From assembly GCF_004010195.1 (NCBI RefSeq), contig NC_057753.1:12514415-12578414 (forward strand): DNA of 64,000 nucleotides. The letters run 5' to 3'. Positions 1 through 13,135 of the stretch are shown in pieces (the stretch's first letter is position 1; each line of letters begins with the position of its first letter). The notes beneath the pieces were generated by a model that did no database searches, was not told where the DNA came from, and saw only the letters and a list, made by a program, of their open reading frames with translations. A program made the position numbers and the translations under genes. The DNA comes from Chiloscyllium plagiosum (Eukaryota).

Positions 1-1
1 C

Positions 2-823
2 CCACCTTCCCCAGAGTGCAGTCCAATTGTCCAAATATCTGAAGCCCTCCCTCCTACACCATCCTTGCAGCCACGTGTTCAACTGCACTCTCTCCCTATT
101 TTTTGCCTCACTGTCACGTGGCACCGGCAACAACCCAGAGATGACGACTCTGTCCGTCCTAGCTTTTAGCTTCCTGCCTAACTCCTTGAGCTCTTGAATG
201 ACCTCCCCATCCCTCTTCCTACCTATGTCGTTGGTGCCAATGTGTACCACGACTTCTGGCTGCACACCCTCCCCCTTAAGGATTCTGAATACACGGTCTG
301 AGACGTCTCGGACCCTAGCCCCCGGGAGGCAACAAACCATCCGTGAGTCTCGCCCATGTCCACAGAACCGCCTGTCCGTCCCTCTAACTAGAGAGTCCCC
401 TATAACTAGCGCTCTCCTCCTCACCCCCTTTCCCTTCTGGGTCTCAGGGGCACAGACCCCTTCACTGCAGCTTACACCTGCAACGCTGTCCCCCCCAACA
501 GTTTCCAAAGCTGTATATTTATTTTTTAGGGGCACGTCCACAGGGGAACCCTGCACTGCCTGCTTCTTCCCCTTCCCACCTCTAACTGTTACCCATCTAC
601 CTCTGTTCTCCGGCGTAACTATGTCCCTGTAGCTTCTATCAATCACCCTCTCAGCCTCTCGAATAATCCTCAGTTCATCCAACTCCAGTTCCAGTTCCCT
701 AACTCGTTCGGTGAGGATCAGGATCTGACTGCATTTCCTGCAGACGAAGTCGGCAGGAGTATCGGTGGTCAGCCCTACCTCAAACATCCCGCAGGAGGAA
801 CATTCCACCGCCTGCGCTGCCAT
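2..823 (-). mobile_element. CR1-clade LINE, ORF1 (CxxC zinc finger, leucine zipper, SGNH esterase); element continues off the left edge
   Basis: Manual translation from ATG 823 is open to the window edge: MAAQAVECSSCGMFEV...CRKC...ELELELDEL...LVIGDSLVRG...HIGTND...WCRREGF, typical CR1 ORF1 motifs. Confidence 0.9.
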
Positions 824-976
824 GACTGTACACTTTCTCCAAAAACAAGAACACTGAGTCAATAACACTGAGTCACTTACCTGTGGACTTTCCTAGCTCT
901 TTGCACATGGACGATATCAGCCTGTTGGTTAACAATTTTGTGCTTGTACAAATTACTCTCTGCTGGAGAGAGACAT

Positions 977-1594
977 CACTGCGCAAACTGAGGAATAAAT
1001 ATCATTCAGGAATCAGTCAGAAGGAGGGCTGAAGCACACAGGGTAGGTAATGGCGGAGTGGCATTAATATTGCTTCCACTGGATAAATCTAGGTAACACT
1101 TGGCTGAGCGGTTTTCAAATTCAGCTATGGCAGACGGTGGAAATTTAATGAAATAAATATTTATAATTCAGAGTCTAATGATGATTGTTAATCAATTTAC
1201 AGGAACATATTTTTTTAAAAAAAACATTCTGTTCACTCACGTCCTGTAGCGGGGTAACTGTCATCCTTACCTAGTCTGGCCTATTGATTAAGCTACCAGT
1301 ACACAAAAAGGTTCGAGCTGGTGGTCTTCAAGTTGCAGGTTAGTGTGACATTCTTTCCTCTTCAAGACTTCATCCCAGGAAACAGCTATCACACTGTACC
1401 CTGCTGGCTCCATTCGAAAATACGAAAAAGTAAAACACGACAATCAGCATTAGCCTTACGTTGATCAACATAATCGTCACTAGTACATTGACCAACAAAA
1501 ACATTTGAATTGCAGCAATCATTTCTTTTCTGAGAAAGAGATACTTACTGAGAGTGGATGCAATAATGAGGAACTGTATGAGACATTTTTCCAT
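977..1594 (-). pseudogene. TCR V-segment pseudogene interrupted by a SINE-like repeat
   Basis: Leader exon 1594-1549 MEKCLIQFLIIASTL + phase-1 GTAAGT donor; FR1 GKNVTLTCNLKTTSSNLFVYW* (1358-1293); possible FR3 remnant (SALLLTDS) near 985-1045 and heptamer-like CGCAGTG at 983-977. Confidence 0.6.
1045..1285 (+). mobile_element. Old SINE-like repeat (similar to the copy at ~21310-21660)
   Basis: Shares blocks such as AATGATGA...ATTGT and CATCCTTACCT-G-TCTGGCCTA with 21310-21660. Confidence 0.45.
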
Positions 1595-2589
1595 GTTGCT
1601 TTCTGACTGCGCTTCTGCAATGCAGGAAATTCTATCATTGCTTGTCCAGCCAAGAACAAGACTGATCGATTGTCAGCATTCAATCCAAGAACACAACTGA
1701 TTCAGAGAGAAGTAGGGGAAAAGAGACAAACAACATGCAATGGACGCTGTCGGTGGAGATACCTTAGATTGAATTTGACGATGTGTCTGGTGATTCTCAG
1801 CTGTTTCGGAGTTGATAGAGTAAAATATTAATGGCATTGCCTAAAACCTTTGACCTGCTCTCTAAATGTGGAGATATCACTGACCATGTTAAATAATCCA
1901 TATTTTTTTTATAACCACATGGTGTTTGATCCCTACATTAGCTTAAAGAGTTGAAATAACATTTCGGAATATTAGCACCGTTTCTACGATCCTGGTTTCA
2001 TGAATGGTTAACCAATGAAGTTGGGACAGTACAGCAGGCAATCTAATGTCCAGCCAATCCACTATTTTTCTTCACACACGAAAATCAGCACATCCTTTTC
2101 AATTTCAAGGAACAATAAACAAAATTGATTATTTCGATTCTTTAGATATGGTAAAACGTCTTTGAAAATTTTCACATCGCAAACATAAAAAATGAAAGAA
2201 ATGCCAAGAAAACAACTTGATACAATGTAGAATGCAAGATTGGATGTTAATGTTACTGCAGGATTAATCCAGTGGTTCGGAGTGATATGTTGCTGTCAGG
2301 TAGCCAGGTGGAAGTGAAGTGAGTTGAGTAAATTTACAAGGCACTGTTTTCAAGGTCAATTAATAAAGTGTAACAAAACATATTTTTCAGCGATACCCTA
2401 CATCTCATGAAGGAATCAAGTCAATAAAAACCCGTCACGTGTTGAAGCAATACGTACTCTAATGATGATCGCCTATCAAGTAAGCATTTTCAACGTAACT
2501 ACATCATTTCAACGTGTCTTTGAACTACAGGCGTATTTCAAAATGTTTGTACACTTACCATGAATGGAATTTTGCCCACACAGTTTCAA

Positions 2590-3170
2590 AGACTTGCAGC
2601 TCTGTGAGACGAAAAAATCGTCACCTTTCTGTCTTAAACTAGCACCCCTTTATTTTGAGAGAATCTCTTCATGTCCTATAGTCTCACATGAGTGAAAAGT
2701 TCCTCTCAGCATTTACCATTTCGAGCTTTTGAGAATCCGACATGTTTCAACATGATTACCACTCAATTTTGCGAACGCCACTAAGTAGAGTCCAAACCTG
2801 TTTAATCTGTGTTCATAAGGCAATCTCTTCAAACTGGGAATCTATGAACTAACTCAAACAAAATTAATTCTTTCTTTAAGGAAGAATCCAAAACATCTCA
2901 CAATACTCCAGTTAAGTGATCGCTGTTAGAATCTTGCAAATTTGAAATAAGTATTCCCCACTCTGAACGTTTAACCCCTTGAAATAAGGGCCAGCATTCC
3001 ATTAGACTACCTGATTACTTGCTGCAGCTGTGATCTAGCTTGCTGTATTCCGCATAAAAATGTCCCTGAGTCTCTTTGTGTCGTACCTTTCTTCAGTGTT
3101 TATCTAATCAAATAATATGTTTTTTCTTCTTTCCAATTGATCCATATCCAATTTTCCCACATTACCACTT
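2590..3170 (-). mobile_element. Degraded CR1 LINE 3' fragment
   Basis: Residual similarity to the reverse complement of the CR1 ORF2 3' ends elsewhere in the window. Confidence 0.45.
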
Positions 3171-3174
3171 GCTC

Positions 3175-3410
3175 AAGCAGACAGATGTCACTTGAAACCG
3201 ATGCACTAATTATACTTACTCATTAAAATGTTGCCATCTGTACCTAGGCAAACAGCCTGAGTTCACAATCTGGATAGACAAGAGCAGTGCTGCTGCGTTT
3301 AAGGTAGTTTCCTTTGAGGCCTGGTTTTAGATGCCCTTCAGCAGTCAGCCAAGTAGTAACAATTGCCCTTCTTGGAGCTACTTCTGTGTAATATTACGGT
3401 GCATGGAAAT
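3175..3410 (+). pseudogene. Highly decayed TCR V-segment remnant
   Basis: Frame from 3181 reads TDVT*NRCTNYTYSLKCCHLYLGKQPEFTIW (decayed WYRQYPGKQPEF); a shifted frame gives VTIALLGATSV*YYGA (decayed SAVYYCA). No clear RSS. Confidence 0.45.
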
Positions 3411-3981
3411 CAACGCTTCATACAATATGTTTTTGAGTGCCAAGTGCTGCCTATTGAGGGCAGCTTATAACAGCGGTCAGACGTAGACACTTCAGTCCAT
3501 TCCTGTGAGAGAATTGCTGTGTGAGTGGTTCACGGTGACTGAACAGCGCACTGATGCCACAACAACATTAGCCATTGCACATTAATTTCCCAGACAGACT
3601 CTGTCAATGACCAAAATTGAAGTTAAAAACTCATTTCAGCTTTATTCCGTCATCAGAAAATATTTGTTGCCATGGTGCTGAGTATATTTGTGACCTACGT
3701 TGGTAGATTAGTGCACCTTAAAGGAAAGAAGTGATTTGGTGATTCAACCAGACAACGTGAATCAGTTCAGATGCGCTAAATAGCCTCTTCCAGCTCTCAT
3801 TCTGCGTTCACATGGCGAGCACTTTGATATCATGGATTGAAGACAAGGGAGGTAGAAAGCGAATGAGTGAACCTTGACGACTCTGGCAGAATTGAATTAA
3901 TTGGCATGGAGTTCAGATGCGGCACGCTTTTGAACTCAGCTGAAACAATTCAGTTTTAATCCCTTTTGATCAAATCCAAAC

Positions 3982-4518
3982 ATGCTAGCTCTTCCTATTT
4001 GCTTATTCTTAAAAGGCAGTTTATTATGAGGTAAGTTGTTGTGCGTGAAATGATCACTTCTGGGTAACATGACTACAGCATTTTTCATGTAGCTGTGTTT
4101 CTCTGTATTACAATATAAGTTTTAATTTGAAACATTGATTAAAATAATCATTTTAATGTGATTTACTTTCTATGTATCTGTAGCTGTTAATTCTGCAGAT
4201 CCTATTCCACAGAAGCCGGTTGCATTGACGCAATATGAAGGAAATTTCATGATTATTCTTTTCCACTATTCAGTATGTACTATCTGAATATTGCAATTTT
4301 ACCTTCAGGAATCCGGTAAATCTCTAATATTCCTAATCTACCTGCCTAACTGTTGAAATGTCGTCAAAGCAAAGATCGTGAGCTCTGGACTTTCTGCATC
4401 TCTGGATACTTCACAAATGAAGGGAATTTCACCATCGGTGAGCTGCAGCTATGTGACAGTGGGGCGCATGACTAAGATTCAGAGTGACAGGAAGAAGACA
4501 GAGCCTCGGACAAAAAAA
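3982..4518 (+). pseudogene. TCR alpha/delta-type V pseudogene with leader and 23-RSS (same family as 46105-46411)
   Basis: Leader 3982-4030 MLALPICLFLKGSLL* + GTAAGT; acceptor TAG at 4183; exon AVNSADPIPQKPVALTQYEGNFMIILFHYS...LQFYLQESGKSLIFLIY...EGNFTIGELQLCDSGA with stops and a frameshift; RSS CAGAGTG (4480-4486) + 23 bp + ACAAAAAAA (4510-4518). Confidence 0.8.
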
Positions 4519-4624
4519 GAAAATGGCTCTAATTGAACAACGCGAATGGAATGGGCAGTGGGAGATGCATGAGGAGCGCAATGGTCAGAGTACACAGAAA
4601 TTTCTATTTTTCATCGTGAAAAGC

Positions 4625-5348
4625 ACCGAACAAAGAGACCTTGAAGTGCAGGTTCATAGTTCCTTGAAAGTGGAGTCCCAGGTAGATAGGATAGTGAAGA
4701 AGGCGTATGGTATGCTTTCCTTTATTGGTCAGAGTATTGAGTACAGGAGTTGGGAGGTCATGTTGCGGCTGTACAGGACATTGGTTAGGCTACTGTTGGA
4801 TATTGCGTGCAATTCTGGTCTCCTTCGTATCGGAAAGATGTTGTGAAACTTGAAAGGGTTCAGAAAAGATTTACAAGGATGTTGCCAGGGTTGGAGGATT
4901 TGAGCTTCAGGGAGAGGCTGAACAGGCTGGGCCTGTTTTCCCTGGAGCATCAGAGGCTGAGGGGTGACCTTATAGAGGTTTACAAAATTATGCGGGGCAT
5001 GGATAGGATAAATATACAGAGTCTTTTCCCTGGGTTCAGGGAGTCCAGAACTAGAGGGTATAGGTTTAGGGTGAGAGGGGAATGATATAAAAGAGATCTA
5101 AGGGGCAACGTTTTCACGCAGAGGGTGTGCGTGTATGGAATGAGCTGCCAGAGAATGTGGTGGAAGTTGATACAATTACAACATTTAAGAGGCATTTGGA
5201 TAGGTATATGAATAGGAAGGGTTTGGAGGGATATGTGCCCGGTGCTGGCAGGTGGGACTAGATTGGTTTGGGATATCTGGTGGGCATGGACAGGTTCAAC
5301 GAAGGATCTGTTTCCAAGCTGTACATCTCTATGACTCTATGACTGTAT
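4625..5348 (+). mobile_element. 5'-truncated CR1 LINE (ORF2 C-terminus and 3' tail)
   Basis: QFWSPSYRKDVVKLERVQKRFTRMLPGL...LRGDLIEVYKIM; ends in (ATGACTCT)n-like tail; near-identical to the 3' part of 28900-29905. Confidence 0.92.
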
Positions 5349-5967
5349 GTCCAATATAGGCTGATAGGCTGATATCAGTGCCAACGGCGTCCATTAAAAT
5401 ATCTGTGCAGTGACCATTGATCTCCATGCAAATAATGCAAAGCACGGTGTAGATTAGTAGTGCGATTATGTTGGTTCATATTCACGGATACCGTCAATAA
5501 TTTTAAGGCCTCCTACTTTTATGAAAGAAGGAGGGATTAACTGATCAGTGTGATATGAATGATGGTTTACGAGCAGCAGATGTCAAATGATAAACTGTGA
5601 GAAATGTTATGTTCTCTCAGATTAAAAAAATCAAATGTTAATATTCATAATAAATTAATCGTTTATCAGAACATTTATAATGAAACATGGCAGGTATTAT
5701 ACTGCAGTTCAATTGATGCTGCTCCTTGAGGAAGCACCTACTGCGATTAGGAGAGTGAAGACTCTTTACTGTTTGTTGGTACAACGTACAGGAAATCAGT
5801 TTTTCTGGCGAGTACGTTCCAACATAGAATACTCAACTAAAATCATCGCTATAGATGTAGCAATTTCTTTATTTGCAATTTCCTGTTTTGTGATAAAATG
5901 TGGATCATGAATATTACTGGAGAGAATAAAAGAGCGTTAGCAGTGCGAATCAAGTTAGCTCTCTTAG

Positions 5968-6350
5968 AAGAACATAGAACATAGAAGAATACAGCGCAGT
6001 ACAGTCCCTTCAGCCCTCGATGTTGCGCCGATCCAAGCCCACCTAACCTACACTAGCCCACTATCCTCCATATGCCTATCCAATGCCCGCTTAAATGCCC
6101 ATAATGAGGGAGAGTCCACCACTGCTACTGGCAGGGCATTCCATGAACTCACGACTCGCTGAGTAAAGAACCTACCTCTAACATCTGTCCTATACCTACC
6201 CCCCTTAATTTAAAGCTATGCCCCCTTGTAATAGCTGACTCCATACGTGGAAAAAGATTCTCACTGTCGACCCTATCTAAACCCCTAATCATCTTGTACA
6301 CCTCTATCAAGTCACCGATAAACCTTCTTTTCTCCAATGAAAACAACCCC
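5968..6350 (-). mobile_element. CR1 LINE 3' end
   Basis: GLFSLEKRRFIGDLIEVYKMIRG; (AGAACAT)n tail on the plus strand at ~5970. Confidence 0.85.
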
Positions 6351-9300
6351 ATCTTGTCACAGATGTTGCCCGACCTGCTGAGTTTTCCCACATTTTCTGC
6401 TTTTGCGTCTGAACTCCAGCACATGCAGTCTTTGATTGGAGAATTAGTTTAATTGGGATTCAATCCGATGTACAATCAAAACGTTTATGTTCACGGGAAG
6501 ATGCAGTTATAACTTTACTCAGAGTAATAGGTCAATCCAATGTGTTTACATGTTATCAGTGATACGACCGCTGGAGATACATTTCTTCTTTATCCTTTTC
6601 CAAACAAATAATTGTCATTAGTACCTGCTGGATTACTGTTGGCTTACCATCTAAAAATAGCGTTCACTTCTGTTTGTCCTGAGCGTAATCCAAATTCCAG
6701 GCAGACAGGGTGAGTGTCACATCTTGCTATGATTGAGTACCTGTTGTTTAAATGGTCAACATTAACAGTTCTGCCTACACAAATAAGTTACAGGACACTT
6801 GCATTGTGTTCGCTTGGCGTGAGCGTACCAGTTTGTTGCAATTGTCTATTTCAACAGTATAAATAAAGTAATTGATTTTGACAACAGATTCCTTGCTGTC
6901 AATGAATTTATCTTATCAAGTCTTTTGTTTTAAGCACCGATATGGTTGACTTTGTTGTTCTTGGTGTAGATTATTGGTTAAAGTTTGCTTCTACAAAAGT
7001 AATTCGTACTAAATTCTGGAATGCTGTGGTAAAGGAACATAATCACATTTCCATACTTCCAAGGAGTCGAGTTGACTAAAGTGCCCTCTGTTGGACCATA
7101 AAAGTAAATATTTGTTTTTACATGTGAGGAGATCCAATCAAGAAAAGGATTAAGACGCAGGGAGAAACATTAAGGGGAGTCAGCGACAATAAAGCTGATC
7201 GAATTTAGGGAAATAAACAGGGCGAAGGTAAAAAGGTAGAAAATTGGGGAAGGGCAAGGAGGTTGACGTCATCACATGGAAGACTTGGATGACCATCCAG
7301 TGACAGAAACACATCCAGCAATATGGAGTAATGGAGACTAAGAACGCAAGAGAATCAGTTGGAAAGTCTGCTAGGAAATCCGAGGAAGAGACAGAGAAAT
7401 ACACAAAGGATATAATTATGGAAACATTAGTTTAAGTATCAATAGGCATTCCAGAACATGTAAAAACACGAAGACATGCAACATAACATGTAACTTGAAA
7501 TCGTAAAATCAGATAGCCATTTAACTGAAACACTGACCATCGCAAAGTGAGCCTGGGTTCACATCAGTTAACTGTGTTTACACTTTAAGTATGATATGGG
7601 ATCTATTTGTTTCCACCACGCACAGAACATTCAGAAAGTCAAATGGATCAATTTATGACATCACAAAACTGTTTTAGAAATAACTGAAATAAGCGAAACG
7701 TGTATGTGTGTGTGTTTGTGCGTGTGAGGATGAATGTTTCTGTGTGGAAGGATGTGTGTTCACGATGAATCACTTTACGTTGAAGCACTGCTGTGTTTAT
7801 CTCAGAATCCTCATGCCAATCTTTATTTCAAGGCGATATTGGTGCTGGCAGAGTTCTCTACCTTGTCTTATAGTAACAAATTGAAATTTTGTGACACTTC
7901 AGCAGTTTAATTGTCACTACTTCAGCTCCAATTCCTGGTGATAATTGTTTAGCTTAATTCAATTTCCTTTTTTGCCACAACCTGAATCTAAATCAGGAAT
8001 AATAACTGACTTTTCCCAGATTACTTGCTTATCACAATATTATTGAATTCGTAGTTGACACAGTGAAACCTTAAAAAAAGACAGAAATTTCTCTTAATTC
8101 CCAGATCGTTGAAAGAGGCTTTTACCTGTTTACGTGCATTCTCTTTGTTGTTACGATCTCTCCAACAACACGTTTTAACGTAAATATACATATGGCCAAA
8201 TCAACCTCAGTTTGAATCCTCTTTCTTCCATTAATTTATTTTTAACATTGCAGAAAGACCTGTCGTGCTCCTACGAACCAATATAAAATCAAAGTGCTCA
8301 CCACAAAGTTAACATCTTCACTCAAAATAAGGTGATAGATATTCCAGATTGACATCTTTCCCAAATACTGTGCGACCTCAATGAGGCTGTTTCTATTTGG
8401 AAGTTGCCCTAGTGCTGACTGGGCTGTTATGACTGTATCAACTTTAACTGCTCTCTTGATTTGACGTCTGCATTGAAAAATAGAGAATTAGTGGCAGGAA
8501 ACTGGAGATTGTCAAACTGGGAAAGTCTGAGAAAGCGTGCAAGCGACTTAGTAAGCACTGTGGATGCTCGAAGTCATAATCGATTAAATGTGGAGCTGGA
8601 AAGGCACAGCAGGTCAGGAATTTGCCATTTCGGGTCGGGAAATCTTTATCAAGGGTGTCAGAAACGCTTGGATAGAGATAGGAATAGGACTATAAGACTC
8701 AATGTAAACAGCAAGTTCCGTTAATAGGTTGTTTCCAGTTTTTGCTACAGCTGCAGTTTTCTACAGACTTTCCAGAAAAACAAGACATTGGAGAGGGTCA
8801 GTTCCCAGAATATTGACTTGGTACTATCAATAGCCGTGATCATATACCCAAGCAGCATTATTTGGCACTATATTGTGAACGGAGAATGAGCTAGATATGG
8901 TTGGAGAAAGATTGAGTGTGTGAGATGCCTTGGCTACCCTGGATAGGGGAAATGTGCATGTGTAGGTCTGGACTACCAGAAGGCGCAATGTCAGACCTTA
9001 AGCTACATTCTTCTGCAATTGGGATCAGTTTTTTTTTAACGCGACGTGGATACACAAGTGCCGTCCATGGTGCCTCATGTAAAACTCATTTCCAGTTAAT
9101 AATAATCACTGGGGCTTCGTATTGATAAAGAACAAGACATTAGCCGCATTTTACAGTAAAAAAAAAACACTTGTCAGTACTGCTTTGTTAAGCACACCAA
9201 TATTTTGGTTAATTCCCAATCGTGGGTTCATATTTGCTTTTGCTCTCATAAACGGATGTTAATATGAATATTTTCTAGTTTTTGGTTGTTAGAGTGGTTT

Positions 9301-10159
9301 TCCATCATGTAAGAAATGATGAAAAATGTCGCATTCTTGGTGGAATCTTTTCACTTCACATGCCAACTATTGTTAAAGCCATTTGTTAAAGTTGAGATTA
9401 CAGTACTGTACGAAGGAACAGCTATATTGTAAAATGCTCTTTCTTGGAATAATATCTCATCTTCTCGTTGTTCCTACTGACACATAATAAAATTGGTGAT
9501 AATCAGTTGAAGAACTGATTGAATTTATTTGATATGGTAACAAATAAATCAACATGTTTTAACAGAAATTTCCATAAGATGAGGAAGTCTTTTGTCGCTG
9601 CAGGATTGGTTCACATATGACGCTGGACTGACAACAATGTAATGGATTTTCATCTGCTTTCCGAAATGAAATGGACTCAGTGAAAATTAATGGGCAACGA
9701 ACTTTGCTCTTGTCGGTCATTTCAACATCCGATAAGGTAGCAAATAATCACATAAATTGAACAAGTCGTCTGCCAACGTTCTCAACAGCGATGGGTTCTG
9801 AACGAATTCTTTGCAGGGAGTTGCGTTTAATCAGCAGTGATATATACTCCTTCAGAACGAACTGTTGTTCATTTTATGATGTAGCAGTTGAATATTTCGT
9901 GTCAGGTTTTAAAATATATTTTTGCTTTTTTAACCCTATTCTTCACCTTTGCATATTTGTGTTTTTGATTTTATTCTTATTGTCATTTATTGCGTTGGAA
10001 CATTTTTCATTATGAGATAAATTATGAGATTTCATTATGAGATAAAAAGAGATAGCTTTTTTTCTGGAATGAACCTTTTTATAAACAGACACAATTTTTC
10101 AGCATAAAGTATAATGATGTCAAGGAAAAATGTTTCATACTATTTTCTCTAAAAATACC

Positions 10160-10190
10160 TTTCGGAGCGGTGCTCCTTCATCAGGTGGTT
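10160..10190 (-). ncRNA. Hammerhead-like core in a Penelope-type repeat remnant
   Basis: Minus strand CTGATGA-A-GGAGC-ACC-GCTCC-GAAA; cleavage-site side degenerate. Confidence 0.35.
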
Positions 10191-10277
10191 ATGGAGTATA
10201 AGATCGTAAGACACAGAATTTATAGCAGAAGTTTGCAACGTGATGCAACTGAAAGTACATATTGAAAAAGACCTGGA

Positions 10278-11740
10278 TTAGAACAAAGAACATTACAACA
10301 CAGAAACACGCCCTTAGGCCTACCAAAGCTGCGCCGATCCATATACCCTATGTAAACCTGCTGTCTATTTTGTAAGTAAATATATCCCTTTGCTTCCTAC
10401 ACATTATTAAGTCCTAAACTCTATGCCAAAGGTTCCTGCTATCCACCTTGTCCACACCTCTCATGATTTTGTGAGCCTCAATCAGGTCCCCTCTCAACCT
10501 CCTTTCCAATGACACCAAGCCTAATCTACTCAAAACTTTCTCATAGCTAGCACCCTCCATAGCAGGCAAAACCTTAGGAACATCTTCTGCACCCTCTTCA
10601 AAGCATCCACGCCATTTTGTTAATGTGACAACGAGAACCGTAGGCAGCATTCGAAATGTTGCCAAACCAAAGTATAATACGCCTATATCATGACCTGTCA
10701 ACCCTTGTACTCAACACACTGTTGAAGGAAAGCATGCCATATGCGTTCTTGACTACTGTACTGACCTGCGTTGCTAAACATTCAGAAAACAATGGACCTG
10801 AACATCCAGATCTGTCTGTACACCGATTTTCCCCAGGACATTTGCATTTACTATATAGTTTGCTCTTGAATTGTATCTTCAAAAATGTATCACCTCGTAT
10901 TCGTCCGGATTGAACCCCATCTGCCATTTCTCTTCCCATTTTTCCAAACTATCTATATTCTGCCGTATTCTATTTTACTATCTGCTACTCCATCAATCTT
11001 AGTGTCATCTGCAAACTTGCTACTGAGGCAATCTACATCTTCCTCCAAATAATTTATGTACGTCACAAACGACAGTTCTCCCAGCACGGAACCCTGTGGA
11101 ACACCACTGGACACAGGTCTCCATTCTGAGAAGCTCCCTCCTACTATTAAGCTCTGTCTCCGGTTGACCAACCAGTTATATATCCATCTAGCTAGAACAC
11201 ACTGGACCCCATGCGAAGTCACCTTTTTCATCAGCCTACCTTTGGGAACCTTATCATACGCATTATTAAAGTCCACGTGTATGATATCTACATCCCTTCC
11301 CTCTTCAATCAACTTTGTCACCTCTTCAAAGAATTCTCTTATATTTGTATGACATGACCTTCCCTGCACAAAACTATACTGCATATCACTGGCAAGCCCA
11401 TTTTCTTCCAAATGTGTATATATCCCATCCATTACTAACTTCTCCAGTAGTTTCCATACCAATGACGTCAGACGTCTGTAATTACCTGGATTATCCCTGT
11501 TACCCTTGTTACCCAAGGGGGAAACATTAGCAATTCTCCATTCCTGTTTTAAACGATGCTACAACGATATCTGTTAAAGCCCCACCAAATTCCTCACTCT
11601 CGTGTCCTCCAGTAACCTAGGATATATTCCACCAGGACCTGGAGACTTGCCCACCTTAATGCCTTTTAGAATACATAACACTTCCTCCCTCCTTGTGCTG
11701 ACTTTACCTACAGTGATCAAAACTCTACCCCTAAGCTCAA
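10278..11740 (-). mobile_element. CR1 LINE, RT and 3' part (left half of an interrupted element)
   Basis: ORF 10953-11516 has RT motifs ([27 protein letters not shown]); ORF2 C-terminus and tail toward 10280. Confidence 0.9.
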
Positions 11741-11744
11741 CATT

Positions 11745-13135
11745 TGGGTAGTAGGGATGTTCCACGTAACTACAGACCAGTGAGCCTGACGCCGGTGGTG
11801 GGAAAGTTGCTGGACAAGGCACTGAGGGATAGGATCTCTTTATACTGAGAAAATAATAGGCTTATAAGTGATAAGCAACAGGGTTTTGTGCGAGGGAGAT
11901 CGTGCCTTACCAACTTAATAGAATTCTTCGAGGAAGTGACCAAGTTGATAGATGAAGGAAGGACTCATTGATTTTATATACATTGACGTGAGTAAGGTTT
12001 GATAAGGTTCCCCATGATAGACTAATGGAGAAAGTGAAGTTATATAGTGTGCACTGTGGATAAAGAACTTGTTGAGCAGCAGGAGAGAGAGTAGTGGTTG
12101 AAGGGAGTTTCTCGAAATGGAGAAAGGTGACCAGTGGTGTTCCACAGGGGTCGGTGTTGTGGCCATTGTTGTTTGTAATATACATAAACGATCTGGTAGA
12201 GGGCACTCTTGGTATGATCAGCAAATTTGCAGAGGACACGAAGGTTGGTGCAGTAGCAGAAAGCATAAGGTACTGTCAAAGCATATATACACATAGACTG
12301 GAGAGTTGTGTGGAAAAGTGGCAGATTTACATCCAGACAAATATGAGGTGATATATTTAGGCAAGACTAATTCGAGAGCGAATTATACAATGAATGGAAG
12401 AGCCTTTGGAAAAGTTGATAGGCAGAGAGACCTGGGAGTGCAGATCTATTGTACCCTGAAGGTTGCGACACAGGTGGATAGAGTGGTCAAGAAGGCATAA
12501 AGTATACTTGCCTTCAGTGGACAGGGTATTGAGTACAAGAGCTGGCAAATCATGTTAACATTGTACAAGACATTCGTTCGGCCGCATTTAGTATACTGTG
12601 TACAGTTCTGGTCGCCACATTACCAAATGGATGTGGACACATCGGAAAGGGTGCAGAGAAGATTTACGAGGATGTTGCCAGGTATGGAAAGTGCTAGCTA
12701 TGAAGAAAGGCTGAGTAGATTTTGTTTATTTTCATTAGATAAAAGGAGATTGAAGGGTGACCGGATTGAGGTTTATAAAATCATGAAGGGTATAGTCAGA
12801 GTGGATAAGAGGCGAGCTTTTTCCAGGTGAAGGATTCAATAACAAGAGGTCATGCTTTCAAAGTGTGAGGTGGAAAGTTTAAGGGGAAACACGTGGCAAT
12901 ACGTCACACAGAGGTTGGTGGGCGTTTGGAACGCGTTGCCAGCAGAGGTGGTAGAGGCAGGCACGGTAGATTCATTTAAGATACGTCTGGATAAATGCAT
13001 GAGTAGGTGGGGAGTAGAGAGATACAGATGCTTAGGAGTTGACCTTTAGGTTTAGACAGTACATTTGGATCGGCTCAGGCTTGGAGAGCCGAAGGGCCTG
13101 TTCCTGGGCTGTAAACGTTCTTTGTTCTTTGTTCT
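11745..13135 (+). mobile_element. CR1 LINE nested in opposite orientation inside another CR1
   Basis: [11 protein letters not shown]...KFAEDTK, QFWSPHY...RRLKGDRIEVYKIM; (TTCTTTG)n tail at ~13120-13135. Confidence 0.9.

Noticed and set aside
198..632. 144-aa plus-strand ORF
   Set aside because: Antisense shadow of the CR1 ORF1 on the minus strand.
837..880. GTAAGT...AG mini-intron and duplicated ACACTGAGTCA upstream of CR1 ORF1
   Set aside because: 44 nt is too short for a normal vertebrate intron; probably part of the element's 5' UTR.
6560..6790. QDVTLT-like V fragment on the minus strand
   Set aside because: No supporting Trp, YYC or RSS.
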